Under the pieces are notes generated by a model that was given only the letters and a program-made list of their open reading frames with translations, searched no databases and was not told the DNA's origin. DNA of 64,000 nucleotides from Candidatus Gottesmanbacteria bacterium (lineage in GTDB: Bacteria > Patescibacteriota > Microgenomatia > UBA10105 > UBA927), in assembly GCA_963711735.1 (NCBI GenBank), contig CAVQFA010000003.1:284367-348366 (forward strand). The letters run 5' to 3'. Positions within the stretch are counted from its first letter, which is position 1. Each line of letters starts with the position of its first letter. Below, piece after piece: positions 29,052-38,385 of the stretch. A program made the translations under genes and the position numbers.

Positions 29052-30422
29052 TTAGTTTTTTTTCACGGACACGTTTACGGTACTCCCGGTATTGAGGTAT
29101 GTTTTATACCGGATAGTAATTTGTCCTTTTGAGTCTACAATTATTGCACGGGATGGGTATGTCGGTATGTCATACGCAAAATATTTAGCGGAAAAAACCG
29201 CATCTCCTATGTACCATGGGAATTGAGCGCCTGTCGGATTATAGAGGTATACACCGTTTTTATTCTTGGCATAATAGAGTGTTTCAAAAAAATGCAGGGA
29301 ATTGGAAGCATAGATAACGTCGTGACTCTGCCTCATACCGTTTGCTTCCTGGATAACGTCTCTCCACGGGAATTTTGCATGCTTAGGAGGATACCAGATA
29401 TTGAAAGCGATGCATGATAGGATGAAAATAGCTGCAACAGAGAGTTGTATACGGGTATTGCGAATTGTTGATAATGCATACGCAATCAGAAATACTTCCG
29501 ATATCGTAACAAAAATAAGATATCTGTTTACAAACATGGGTTTAAATAATGAAATTCCGATAATGATACTTAACGGAATGAAAACATTAAGAAGGAAATA
29601 TCCCACTATATGCCTGTTTGATTTACGTATCCATGCAACAGCAAATACTATAAGTAAAAATAATGACAGATATGCGGTATACATCCAGCCATACCAGGGA
29701 GTACCTTCGTAACTGATAAACATATTGCCAAGGACTGATTTAACCAGATGTATATCAACGGGAAAGTACCATGAGTCTTTTAATTTCCCGGACAAAACAA
29801 TAATCCGCATAAGCCACGGAAGCATTCCTACAAACGTAAGTGTCATCGCCCGGACAAATGTATTTGCAGTAAGACGGGATAATTGAGAAAAAGATACTTT
29901 ACGATGTTTTAATACACCCAGGATGAACCAATGGATACTTTGTACAAACGGAATGAAAATAAAAAACGCGTGCGTATAGAATCCGCAAATATTAGCAAAA
30001 ATTAATAAACGGTATCGCCGTGATATATAGCTGTATATGGAGAGGAGTGCAAAAAAGATATACCAACCGTACGTCCGAACCTCAAAGGCATAGTACAGTA
30101 TCATGGGATTGAAGATGTACAGGATAGGAAGAATAACAGATATTGCTGATCGTTTAAACAGTGTTTCTGACCATTTTATAAGAAGAATAGCGGAGAGGAC
30201 TACACCTGTAAGAGACAGGGATCGCGCGGCAATTTCACCGGTACCGAACAATCTGATCCATAAATGGAGAAATATATAGTACAACGGCGGTTCAAATGAC
30301 AACTTCGTGAAGTATTCGATAATCGGACGCTGGGCTACCATGATGGAAAAAACTTCATCACGCCATAAACTTTGGACAAGATACAGAAGTGGTGTGTTGG
30401 ATAAAAGCCAATTGATTAGCAT
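29052..30422 (-). CDS. GT-C glycosyltransferase (ArnT/PMT-like)
   Basis: SLWRDE, PPLYY, EVRTY, multiple TM. Confidence 0.85.
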   Translation of the reverse strand: MLINWLLSNTPLLYLVQSLWRDEVFSIMVAQRPIIEYFTKLSFEPPLYYIFLHLWIRLFGTGEIAARSLSLTGVVLSAILLIKWSETLFKRSAISVILPILYIFNPMILYYAFEVRTYGWYIFFALLSIYSYISRRYRLLIFANICGFYTHAFFIFIPFVQSIHWFILGVLKHRKVSFSQLSRLTANTFVRAMTLTFVGMLPWLMRIIVLSGKLKDSWYFPVDIHLVKSVLGNMFISYEGTPWYGWMYTAYLSLFLLIVFAVAWIRKSNRHIVGYFLLNVFIPLSIIIGISLFKPMFVNRYLIFVTISEVFLIAYALSTIRNTRIQLSVAAIFILSCIAFNIWYPPKHAKFPWRDVIQEANGMRQSHDVIYASNSLHFFETLYYAKNKNGVYLYNPTGAQFPWYIGDAVFSAKYFAYDIPTYPSRAIIVDSKGQITIRYKTYLNTGSTVNVSVKKN

Positions 30423-30509
30423 ACGTATGAACCAAATACCGTTAAGAAACGATAATCACCGGACGCACGGTATTGTATCATCTATAAGACTATGAACCGT
30501 ATATGTGTA

Positions 30510-31991
30510 TTATACCTTTTCGGTAACCCGGTATTCCAGCCTTTTTCCCAACATCAATCGTGTGTGAGCATCAAGACCCGGAAGTGCGGAGAGGAAAAAA
30601 GATACGATCGGAATCGTCAGCCATTGTAAATAAAGGAAGGGGAGTCTCCATGCTGCAAATTCTTTCGGGCGGGGAGGTTTTGTCTTTATATCGATGATAA
30701 CTACAACAAGTATGAAAATGAACGACAATGTCATAATACCGCTTGAAAGTTGAGCGAGATTATGACCAAGTGCAGTTCTCGCAAAAACCGGATTGACAAG
30801 AGGCGGGATTATGCTTCCGACGGTCAGGATAAACCAGTTTGCAGGCCAAAAAATATGATGTTCAAGAAGTTGAACAAGTCTCCGTATGCGGTCAAAAATT
30901 GGGATTTCCGGATGAAGAATCATTCCCCGGATGACATACGGTATATCGGAAACACCCCATGCCCAGCGTTTGGATTGTTCATATTGGTTCACAACAGTCC
31001 GGAAAAATCCATGTGATTCCGCTGCGTCAACGAGTACGGGCAGAAATATACCTCGGGTTTGTACGTTTCCTCCTTTAGAAAAATATACTTTGAAAAACAA
31101 ATGATAATCTTCCGGTATGACATCCGGATCCCAGAATCCCGCAGAGGATACCGTGCTGAATGATAACGAGTACGTGGAAAAGTTGATAAATTTGCTGCCC
31201 TGTGTCAAAAGGGACAAATTCCAAATGCTTCCCATCGTATTAAGTACCCGGCTCGGGAGAGGAACACGCCAGATATTGGAATAAAAGAGAATTGCACCCT
31301 GGTAGAAGTGATACTGTCTGTCCGGGTCAGTCAGAAATTCATACGTAAGTGCGGATATATATTTAGGATGAAGGAGAGCATCGGCATCGCATGATGTAAT
31401 AGTAGTCCACTCGGGATTTATGCCCCACCCGGCAAGGTTGGAGGAGACTTCTTTCGCGGCGCATGCCATGTTGGATGATTTACCTGCTACTTCACCTGCA
31501 ACAAGTGTATGTTTTGTTACGAGAAAGTGACCGAACTTTTTCTGAAATTGTTTTGTGAGAAGCAAGGCTTTTGCGTCTGCATCGGGATCTTTAGCCTCCT
31601 GGGCAAGAACAATAATAATGCGGTTTTTGGGATACTCCTGATATGTCAGGTTTACAAGCGTTTTTTGTAGGATGTGCAAAGGTTCCCTGTATTCTGGAAT
31701 GACAATAATATGATATGTATCCTTAAAATGAGGAAGTGACTTCGCTTTTGACAGCCAATCAACTTTTGTATGCGCATTCATGGTTATAAACGATTTCACC
31801 GCATGGAACGCAAGTGTGAAGGACTTATAAAACCAGTAGATGTCAAAGGTAATAATAATGTAGGCAACAATAGCAGGATGCCAGAACGAAAGCCATAAAG
31901 GCATCGTGATGAGAAGCCATGATGTTGCAGGTATTGCTATTTCAAACAACCGCTTTGTGGCATTAGGGTAGAGAAGGATAAGTTTTTTCAT
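30510..31991 (-). CDS. Membrane GT2 glycosyltransferase
   Basis: GKSSN, DAD, PED, QSKRW; start set at MKKL (31991). Confidence 0.88.
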   Translation of the reverse strand: MKKLILLYPNATKRLFEIAIPATSWLLITMPLWLSFWHPAIVAYIIITFDIYWFYKSFTLAFHAVKSFITMNAHTKVDWLSKAKSLPHFKDTYHIIVIPEYREPLHILQKTLVNLTYQEYPKNRIIIVLAQEAKDPDADAKALLLTKQFQKKFGHFLVTKHTLVAGEVAGKSSNMACAAKEVSSNLAGWGINPEWTTITSCDADALLHPKYISALTYEFLTDPDRQYHFYQGAILFYSNIWRVPLPSRVLNTMGSIWNLSLLTQGSKFINFSTYSLSFSTVSSAGFWDPDVIPEDYHLFFKVYFSKGGNVQTRGIFLPVLVDAAESHGFFRTVVNQYEQSKRWAWGVSDIPYVIRGMILHPEIPIFDRIRRLVQLLEHHIFWPANWFILTVGSIIPPLVNPVFARTALGHNLAQLSSGIMTLSFIFILVVVIIDIKTKPPRPKEFAAWRLPFLYLQWLTIPIVSFFLSALPGLDAHTRLMLGKRLEYRVTEKV

Positions 31992-32076
31992 GCTTTGGAT
32001 GTTATCAGATACCAAAAGTAAGTCATGTACTACGGGAGATTCTAAACAACGCTATTAATTATATCATTCAGACGCC

Positions 32077-32778
32077 TTATTCGCGAATATCAGGGAAGCC
32101 GACAACGTTCGCCTTCCTCCAGATGAAGTAGTTGAAAAATACTTTTGGGATGCGAAGGAGAAGCCCTATACCTTCATTACCGCGGCGACCAGATGCCCGG
32201 ACATATTCGGATTGTGTAAAAACAATTTTCCCTACAGTCATGAGTCTTCGTGCTATCTCTATGTCTTCCGCAATTTTGAAATGCTCCGGAAATCCTCCGA
32301 CTGCAATTGCTTTTTCTCTCCAAAACGCCATATTTTGACCCGTCGCCATAGGCATCCGGAATAAAAAAAACAACAAACTGTTAAAGAACGGTTGGAAGAT
32401 ATTTACATAGATTTTATACCACCATGGTCCGTCAGGAACGCGGAATCCGCCGAAATACCCGACAACGCCGGGTTTCGTCAAATAGCGCTCAATTCGTTCA
32501 AGCCAATCGGGTGGCGGGGTAGCGTCCGCGTCAGTAAACGCGATAATATCGCCTGCTGCTTTCTGAAGGCCTTTCTGTCTGCTGTACCCGATAGTCAGTT
32601 TCGGAGCGTTTAATACACTCGCTCCTTCTTTTTCTGCAATTTCTTTCGTTTTGTCTGTTGATGATGCGTTGACGACAATAATTTCGTCGGGCTTACGGGT
32701 TTGAATATTCAGAGCCTGAAGTGTGAGGAGAATGAGTTTTTCTTCGTTGTACGCGGGAATAACAACAGATATTTTCAT
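32077..32778 (-). CDS. GT2 glycosyltransferase
   Basis: SVVIPAYNEE, FTDAD, GGF, AED. Confidence 0.92.
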   Translation of the reverse strand: MKISVVIPAYNEEKLILLTLQALNIQTRKPDEIIVVNASSTDKTKEIAEKEGASVLNAPKLTIGYSRQKGLQKAAGDIIAFTDADATPPPDWLERIERYLTKPGVVGYFGGFRVPDGPWWYKIYVNIFQPFFNSLLFFLFRMPMATGQNMAFWREKAIAVGGFPEHFKIAEDIEIARRLMTVGKIVFTQSEYVRASGRRGNEGIGLLLRIPKVFFNYFIWRKANVVGFPDIRE

Positions 32779-32792
32779 ATATATTCATCATA

Positions 32793-33575
32793 CTATGACC
32801 CGATTGTGAAATGGAAGAGGCGTTCAGCATTTTTTGTTGTCTGGTTCCGGATTTCCTCATTGGACAGATTCATATAGTGTGCAATTGTATCCGCGATGAT
32901 CGGCAGATATTGTGGTTCGTTCCTTTTTCCCCGGTGCGGAGAAGGCGTGAGAAGCGGAGAATCGGTTTCCAAAAGAAGGTGTGTAATCGGAACGGAGGAA
33001 ACGATCTCCCGGATATGTTTGGCATACGTGATATTTCCGTCTATACCGAAAAAAAGTTTCCTTTTTACGGCATCACGGATATCCGCCTTTCCTCCCGAAA
33101 AACAATGTATAACACCGCGCGGCAAGGATTCAAGGGTGTCCAAAACGGAAAACATGTCATCAAATGCTTCCCTGCAGTGAATGATGACGGGAAGATCATG
33201 CAAAAGAGCAAGGCGGAGATGTTCTTCAAAAAGTCTTTTCTGTCTGTCTTTTTTTCCGGTTGCACGTTCACCTTTGAATGGGTAATAATCCAAGCCGCAT
33301 TCCCCGATTGCCGTTATTGATGACCTGTTTTTTTTAAGAATTGATACGACCGAATCAAACGATGGGTTGTGATCGGTTTCATGAGGATGAATTCCTACAG
33401 CCGCATAAATGCCCGGTGTGTTTCGGGCAAGCGTAATTGCCGAACCGCTTGTTTTTTCATCAACTCCCGGAACAAGCATATATGTAACGCCCGACTTTTT
33501 TGCTTTTCGGATAACATCTTTACGGTCTGCATCAAATGCGGAGAAATTTAAATGGCAATGTGTATCAATTAGCAT
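32793..33575 (-). CDS. tatD: TatD family hydrolase
   Basis: DTHCH, GIHP, GECGLD, HCRE, HCF, ETDSP; follows metG. Confidence 0.93.
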   Translation of the reverse strand: MLIDTHCHLNFSAFDADRKDVIRKAKKSGVTYMLVPGVDEKTSGSAITLARNTPGIYAAVGIHPHETDHNPSFDSVVSILKKNRSSITAIGECGLDYYPFKGERATGKKDRQKRLFEEHLRLALLHDLPVIIHCREAFDDMFSVLDTLESLPRGVIHCFSGGKADIRDAVKRKLFFGIDGNITYAKHIREIVSSVPITHLLLETDSPLLTPSPHRGKRNEPQYLPIIADTIAHYMNLSNEEIRNQTTKNAERLFHFTIGS

Positions 33576-33594
33576 GGGTATATATGCGTACAAT

Positions 33595-35046
33595 TTACTT
33601 CAAGCGCGGAAAGAGCGGCTTTTGGCTAACGATTTTCTGTTTGGAATATTGAGCGAGAATTACGCTTCCTGCGGAGGGAAGGAACGGAAGTAAAAGCGTT
33701 GCGATTTCCTGTATGGATGGTATGAGAGCATTTATAGTCTGAGTTTTTTCTTTTCCCGTTTGCTTCCACGGTTCACGACTGTCAATGAATTTATCCTCCG
33801 TTTTTATAAGAGACCATACGTACGCAAGCGCTTCATCAAAGCGGAATGATTCAAAAGCCAAACGGTAGATATTATGTTTTTCGGTTGTTGTCAAATCAGG
33901 AAAAGAAAGAGGTTTCGGGATTACAACATTATCTGTCTGGCATGCAAGTTTCGCAACCCTGCTTATTAGGTTTCCGAGGCCGTTTGCGAGGTCTGCATTA
34001 TAGAGTTCCTTAAATCGGGATTCGGAAAAGTCGCCGTCTGCAAAAGGGGGAATTTCCCTCAGGAAATAGTACCGCAATGGGTCTGCGCCGTATTTTATGA
34101 TAAGGTTAACAGGATCGATGACATTTCCCAGAGTTTTGCTCATCTTCTGTCCGTTGACTGTGAAGTATCCGTGTATAAAGATAGACTTCGGTAACTTAAG
34201 ATTCGCGGACAGGAGAAATGCAATCCAGTAAACTGCATGAAAACGTGATATTCCTTTGCCGATGACATGGACATCAGCCGGCCACCATTTTTCATACAAT
34301 TTTTGATCCCATCCGAATCCTATACCGGATTGATAGATATTGAGCGCGTCAAACCAAACATATATTTTTTGTGTCGGATCATCCGGCACGGGCACTCCCC
34401 AATTTCTCGCGCGCTCATTAGACCGGGATATTGAAATATCCTGAAGCGATTGTTTGAGGAATGATAAAACCTCGTTTTTACGGAATGTCGGCACAATACG
34501 TACGGTATCCGAAGTTATAAGATTGATAAGAGTTTTCTGGTATTTCGATAAACGGAAGAAATAATTCGTTTCTGAAACAACATCAAGCTTTTTGCCGGGA
34601 TGCTCGTAACATTCTCCGTTTTCATTCAGTTCCGTTTTACTGTAAAATGTTTCGCACCCGACACAATACAGACCTTCATATTCTTTCTTATAAATATCTC
34701 CCCGCGCTTCGCATAATCTCCAGAGTTTTTGGCTTGATTTGAAGTGTTTGTTCTCATCACTTCCGCGCTGAAAAAAGTCAAATTGTACATTGAGCTTGAC
34801 TGCCAGTTTTTCAAACAGCGCCGTATTTTCATTGATAAATTCACGGATATCTTTACCTGCCTGTTGGGCAGCCTGTACGTTTTTCAGCGCATTTTCATCG
34901 CCTCCCGAAAGGAGCGCGCAATTATCTCCGACTAAACGATGATACCGAGCAATAGCATCCGCCTGTACAAATTCGAGCGCGTGCCCTATATGTGGTTTAG
35001 CGTTAACGTACGGAATGGCTGTGGTTATATAAAATTTTCGTGTCAT
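33595..35046 (-). CDS. metG: Methionyl-tRNA synthetase (short form)
   Basis: FYITTAIPYVN, HIGH, YVWFDAL, KMSKT; start at ATG 35046. Confidence 0.96.
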   Translation of the reverse strand: MTRKFYITTAIPYVNAKPHIGHALEFVQADAIARYHRLVGDNCALLSGGDENALKNVQAAQQAGKDIREFINENTALFEKLAVKLNVQFDFFQRGSDENKHFKSSQKLWRLCEARGDIYKKEYEGLYCVGCETFYSKTELNENGECYEHPGKKLDVVSETNYFFRLSKYQKTLINLITSDTVRIVPTFRKNEVLSFLKQSLQDISISRSNERARNWGVPVPDDPTQKIYVWFDALNIYQSGIGFGWDQKLYEKWWPADVHVIGKGISRFHAVYWIAFLLSANLKLPKSIFIHGYFTVNGQKMSKTLGNVIDPVNLIIKYGADPLRYYFLREIPPFADGDFSESRFKELYNADLANGLGNLISRVAKLACQTDNVVIPKPLSFPDLTTTEKHNIYRLAFESFRFDEALAYVWSLIKTEDKFIDSREPWKQTGKEKTQTINALIPSIQEIATLLLPFLPSAGSVILAQYSKQKIVSQKPLFPRLK

Positions 35047-35078
35047 GCGGATAATTGTACCGTAAGCGTGTAGCAAGC

Positions 35079-35405
35079 TCAATCTATAGAGCGTTTGGAT
35101 AAATATGCATCAGATGTTACAACGAGGATGAGTAGTAAAATACTGTAGAGTGCTTCCCGCAGATAGAGAAACCGTAAGACAAGATAAATGATTCCTCCGC
35201 ATGTCATAAGAACCGCCCTTAGTACGTTGTTTGTGAGGTACATGACGGAGGAAAAGATGGCACATCCGATGAGAGTAATACAAATACCAATGTATAAATA
35301 TAGTTGCGGCGGATACGTATTGACAAACCAGCTGATAATACAAGCGAAAATAATTGCAGTAAACAACCATATTATATTATGTCGGGAAGTATTGAATCTC
35401 GTCAT
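35079..35405 (-). CDS. Small four-TM membrane protein
   Basis: Hydrophobic 108 aa from ATG 35405, preceded by TACAAT. Confidence 0.6.
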   Translation of the reverse strand: MTRFNTSRHNIIWLFTAIIFACIISWFVNTYPPQLYLYIGICITLIGCAIFSSVMYLTNNVLRAVLMTCGGIIYLVLRFLYLREALYSILLLILVVTSDAYLSKRSID

Positions 35406-35454
35406 ACGTTTTTCATTGTAGTCGTACGAAGCGGATGCTACAATGATGCCTATT

Positions 35455-36483
35455 ATGACTGTGGAATCTGTAAGTCTTCTTTTGGCAATTGCTCTGGGGT
35501 TTGGCATACTCTATTTCTTCATCAGAAATGAACTGAATAAGGTTACAAAAGAGCCGGAAAATAAAGCTCTTTTGGAATGGTTGAGAAGTATGCAGACGTC
35601 GATAGATAAAACCAATAAAGACCTCAATGAGGCAATGCGGGGAACGACAAGCGATGTCGCGCGTGCCATACAGTCAAATACGAAACAACTCAACGACAGG
35701 CTTGATAAGGCGGCAGAAGTAATCGGAGGGCTTCAGAAAAATCTGGGAGAGATGAGTGAGGTTGGCAGGGGAATTAAATCTCTGCAGGAATTTCTCCAAT
35801 CGCCGAAACTTCGGGGAAATATCGGTGAGCAGGTGCTTTCGGATATGATCGGTCAGACCTTTCCCAAAAATTCTTTTTATCTACAATACGCTTTTCATAG
35901 CGGAGCAAAGGTTGATGCGGTTCTCAAAACTGATGCCGGACTACTCTGTATTGATTCGAAATTTCCGATGGAGAACTTTACTGCCATGCACAAAGGGGAG
36001 ACGGAAAGTTTGAGAAATGCAGCAAAAAAAGACCTGATGAACGATGTAAAAAAACATATAGGAGATATAAGCAAAAAATATATCTTACCCGAGGAGGGAA
36101 CGATGGATTTCGCCCTCATGTATGTACCGTCTGAAGCAGTCTATTACGAAGTGGTGAACAATACCGATCTTATGGATTTTGCCCGGAAATCGAGAGTTTA
36201 TCCTGTATCTCCCAACACGCTCTATGCGCACCTTCAGGTATTATTATTATCTTTTCAGGGTAAAGAGCTCGAAAACCGTTCGCGGGAAGTGTTCCGGCTT
36301 CTTCGGGCTATCCAAAAAGATTACGGGAAGACGGAAGAGTCATTATCGGTTCTCGGCAAACATATCAATAACGCATATAACTCTATGAGTACCGTGACCG
36401 GCGCATTTACCCTTCTTGGGCAGAAATTATCAAGAACCCAGACGTTAAAAGATACCGGGGATAGTAAGGAAATCGAGAGTTAA
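35455..36483 (+). CDS. rmuC: DNA recombination protein RmuC
   Basis: TM, coiled coil, [32 protein letters not shown]. Confidence 0.92.
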   Translation: MTVESVSLLLAIALGFGILYFFIRNELNKVTKEPENKALLEWLRSMQTSIDKTNKDLNEAMRGTTSDVARAIQSNTKQLNDRLDKAAEVIGGLQKNLGEMSEVGRGIKSLQEFLQSPKLRGNIGEQVLSDMIGQTFPKNSFYLQYAFHSGAKVDAVLKTDAGLLCIDSKFPMENFTAMHKGETESLRNAAKKDLMNDVKKHIGDISKKYILPEEGTMDFALMYVPSEAVYYEVVNNTDLMDFARKSRVYPVSPNTLYAHLQVLLLSFQGKELENRSREVFRLLRAIQKDYGKTEESLSVLGKHINNAYNSMSTVTGAFTLLGQKLSRTQTLKDTGDSKEIES

Positions 36484-36485
36484 AT

Positions 36486-38310
36486 ATGACATCTTCAATT
36501 GTCCGAAAAAAATATATAGATTTTTTTAAAGCCAGAGGGCATGCGGAGATTCCGTCAGCTCCTTTAGTGCCTGAAAATGACCCATCAACACTTTTTAACT
36601 CAAGCGGCATGCAACCTTTAATTCCATATCTTCTCGGAGAACCGCATCCGTCAGGGAAAAGACTTGTCAATTCGCAGAAATCATTCAGGGCGCAGGATAT
36701 CGATGAAGTCGGTGATAACAGGCACACGACGTTTTTTGAAATGCTCGGAAATTGGTCTTTGGGGGATTACTTTAAAAAAGAACAACTTACCGTGGTTATT
36801 TGAATTCTTAACAAAAGAACTTAGTCTTGATCCTAAACGGTTATACGTAACCGTATTTGAAGGGAATGATTCCGTGCCGAAAGATGATTCCTCAATTTCC
36901 ATATGGAAAGATATTTATTCAAATGTAAACATTGATGCTGAAGTTGGAGAACGTATATTCCTTTATCCGGCGAAAAACAACTGGTGGAGCAGGTCCGGGG
37001 AACCGGAAAAAATGCCCGCCGGTGAACCTGGCGGACCGGACAGTGAAGTGTTTTACGATTTCGGAGCGGAGTTAAAAATTCACGAAAAATCTAAGTATAA
37101 AAATGAGAGATGCCATCCTAACTGTGAATGCGGTCGGTTTATGGAAATTGCTAACTCGGTATTTATGCAGTATCAGAAACAATCCGACGGTAGTCTCAAA
37201 GAACTCTCACAGAAAAACGTTGATTTTGGCGGGGGCCTGGAGCGTCTGACAGCAGCAACCGATAATACTCCTGATGTATTTCAAACTGATTTGTATACGT
37301 CGTTGACAGGCATACTCGAGAATGTTTCGAAGCAGAAATTCGGAGAAAAACAGGAAGAAACGAAGGCGATGAGGATTATTGCTGACCACATAAAAGGATC
37401 AGTCATGATGATGAGTGACGGAGTTACACCATCCAATAAACAGCAGGGATATATATTGCGGAGGCTCATACGACGCGCTCTTCTATATGGGAGAAACATA
37501 GGACTTACATCGGATTGGAAATATATAGGGGATTTGGTTGAACCGGTTGCGGTTATTTATAAAGACGCGTACCCCGGCGTATCGGCGAAAGTATCCGCGA
37601 TCAAACACACTATAGAAGAGGAAGCGCTCCGTTTCGGGAAAACGCTCGAGAAAGGGTTGAAAGAAATCGATAAGATCGATACATTGGACGGATCCAATGC
37701 GTTTAAGCTGTACGAAACGTACGGTTTCCCGTGGGAAATGACAGAAGAGTTGGCACGGAAGAGAGGTCAATTGCCGGACAGGAAGCAGTTTGAATCGGAG
37801 TTTCGTAAACACCGGGAGCTTTCAAGGACCGCGGCAGCCGGAATGTTTAAAGGCGGACTGCAGGATCATAGCTTTGATGTGACAAAACTACATACCGCAA
37901 CACATCTTCTCCATCAGGCGCTTCGTATGACGCTTGGGGATCATGTTTCACAGAAAGGTAGCAATATTACGGCAGAAAGACTCCGGTTTGATTTTTCCCA
38001 TTCGTTGAAAATGACGGATGAACAAATCCGAAAGGTAGAAGATATTGTTAACGACCAGATCAAGAAAGATTTACAGGTAACATATACAACAACAACGTAT
38101 AAGGAAGCCATAAAGGATGGAGCATTGGCTTTTTTCGGAGAGCGGTATCCGGAAAAAGTAAAGGTATATTCAGTAGGTACATTCTCCAAAGAAATATGCG
38201 GAGGACCGCATGTAGAGCGTACCGGGAAAATCGGTCAATTTAATATTATAAAAGAAGAGTCTGCTGGTGCCGGAATCCGAAGAATCTACGCATCTGTACA
38301 CACGAAATGA
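36486..38310 (+). CDS. alaS: Alanyl-tRNA synthetase (short form), split by a +1 frameshift near 36789
   Basis: Frame 1 ends [22 protein letters not shown]; frame 2 continues [33 protein letters not shown]. Joined product about 607 aa. Confidence 0.92.
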
Positions 38311-38385
38311 TTTGCTTCCTTATTTATAAACTTGCTTATCAGGCTCGTACCTTGTTAGTATAAAGTACGGGGTGTTTTTTCACGT

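Noticed and set aside
30435-30474. AATACCGT/ACGGTATT inverted repeat
   Set aside because: 8-bp arms with a long loop and no T-tract; may be chance.
36664-36789. Independent start for the 548-aa alaS ORF
   Set aside because: The first ~42 residues are off-frame; it is the second half of one frameshifted gene.
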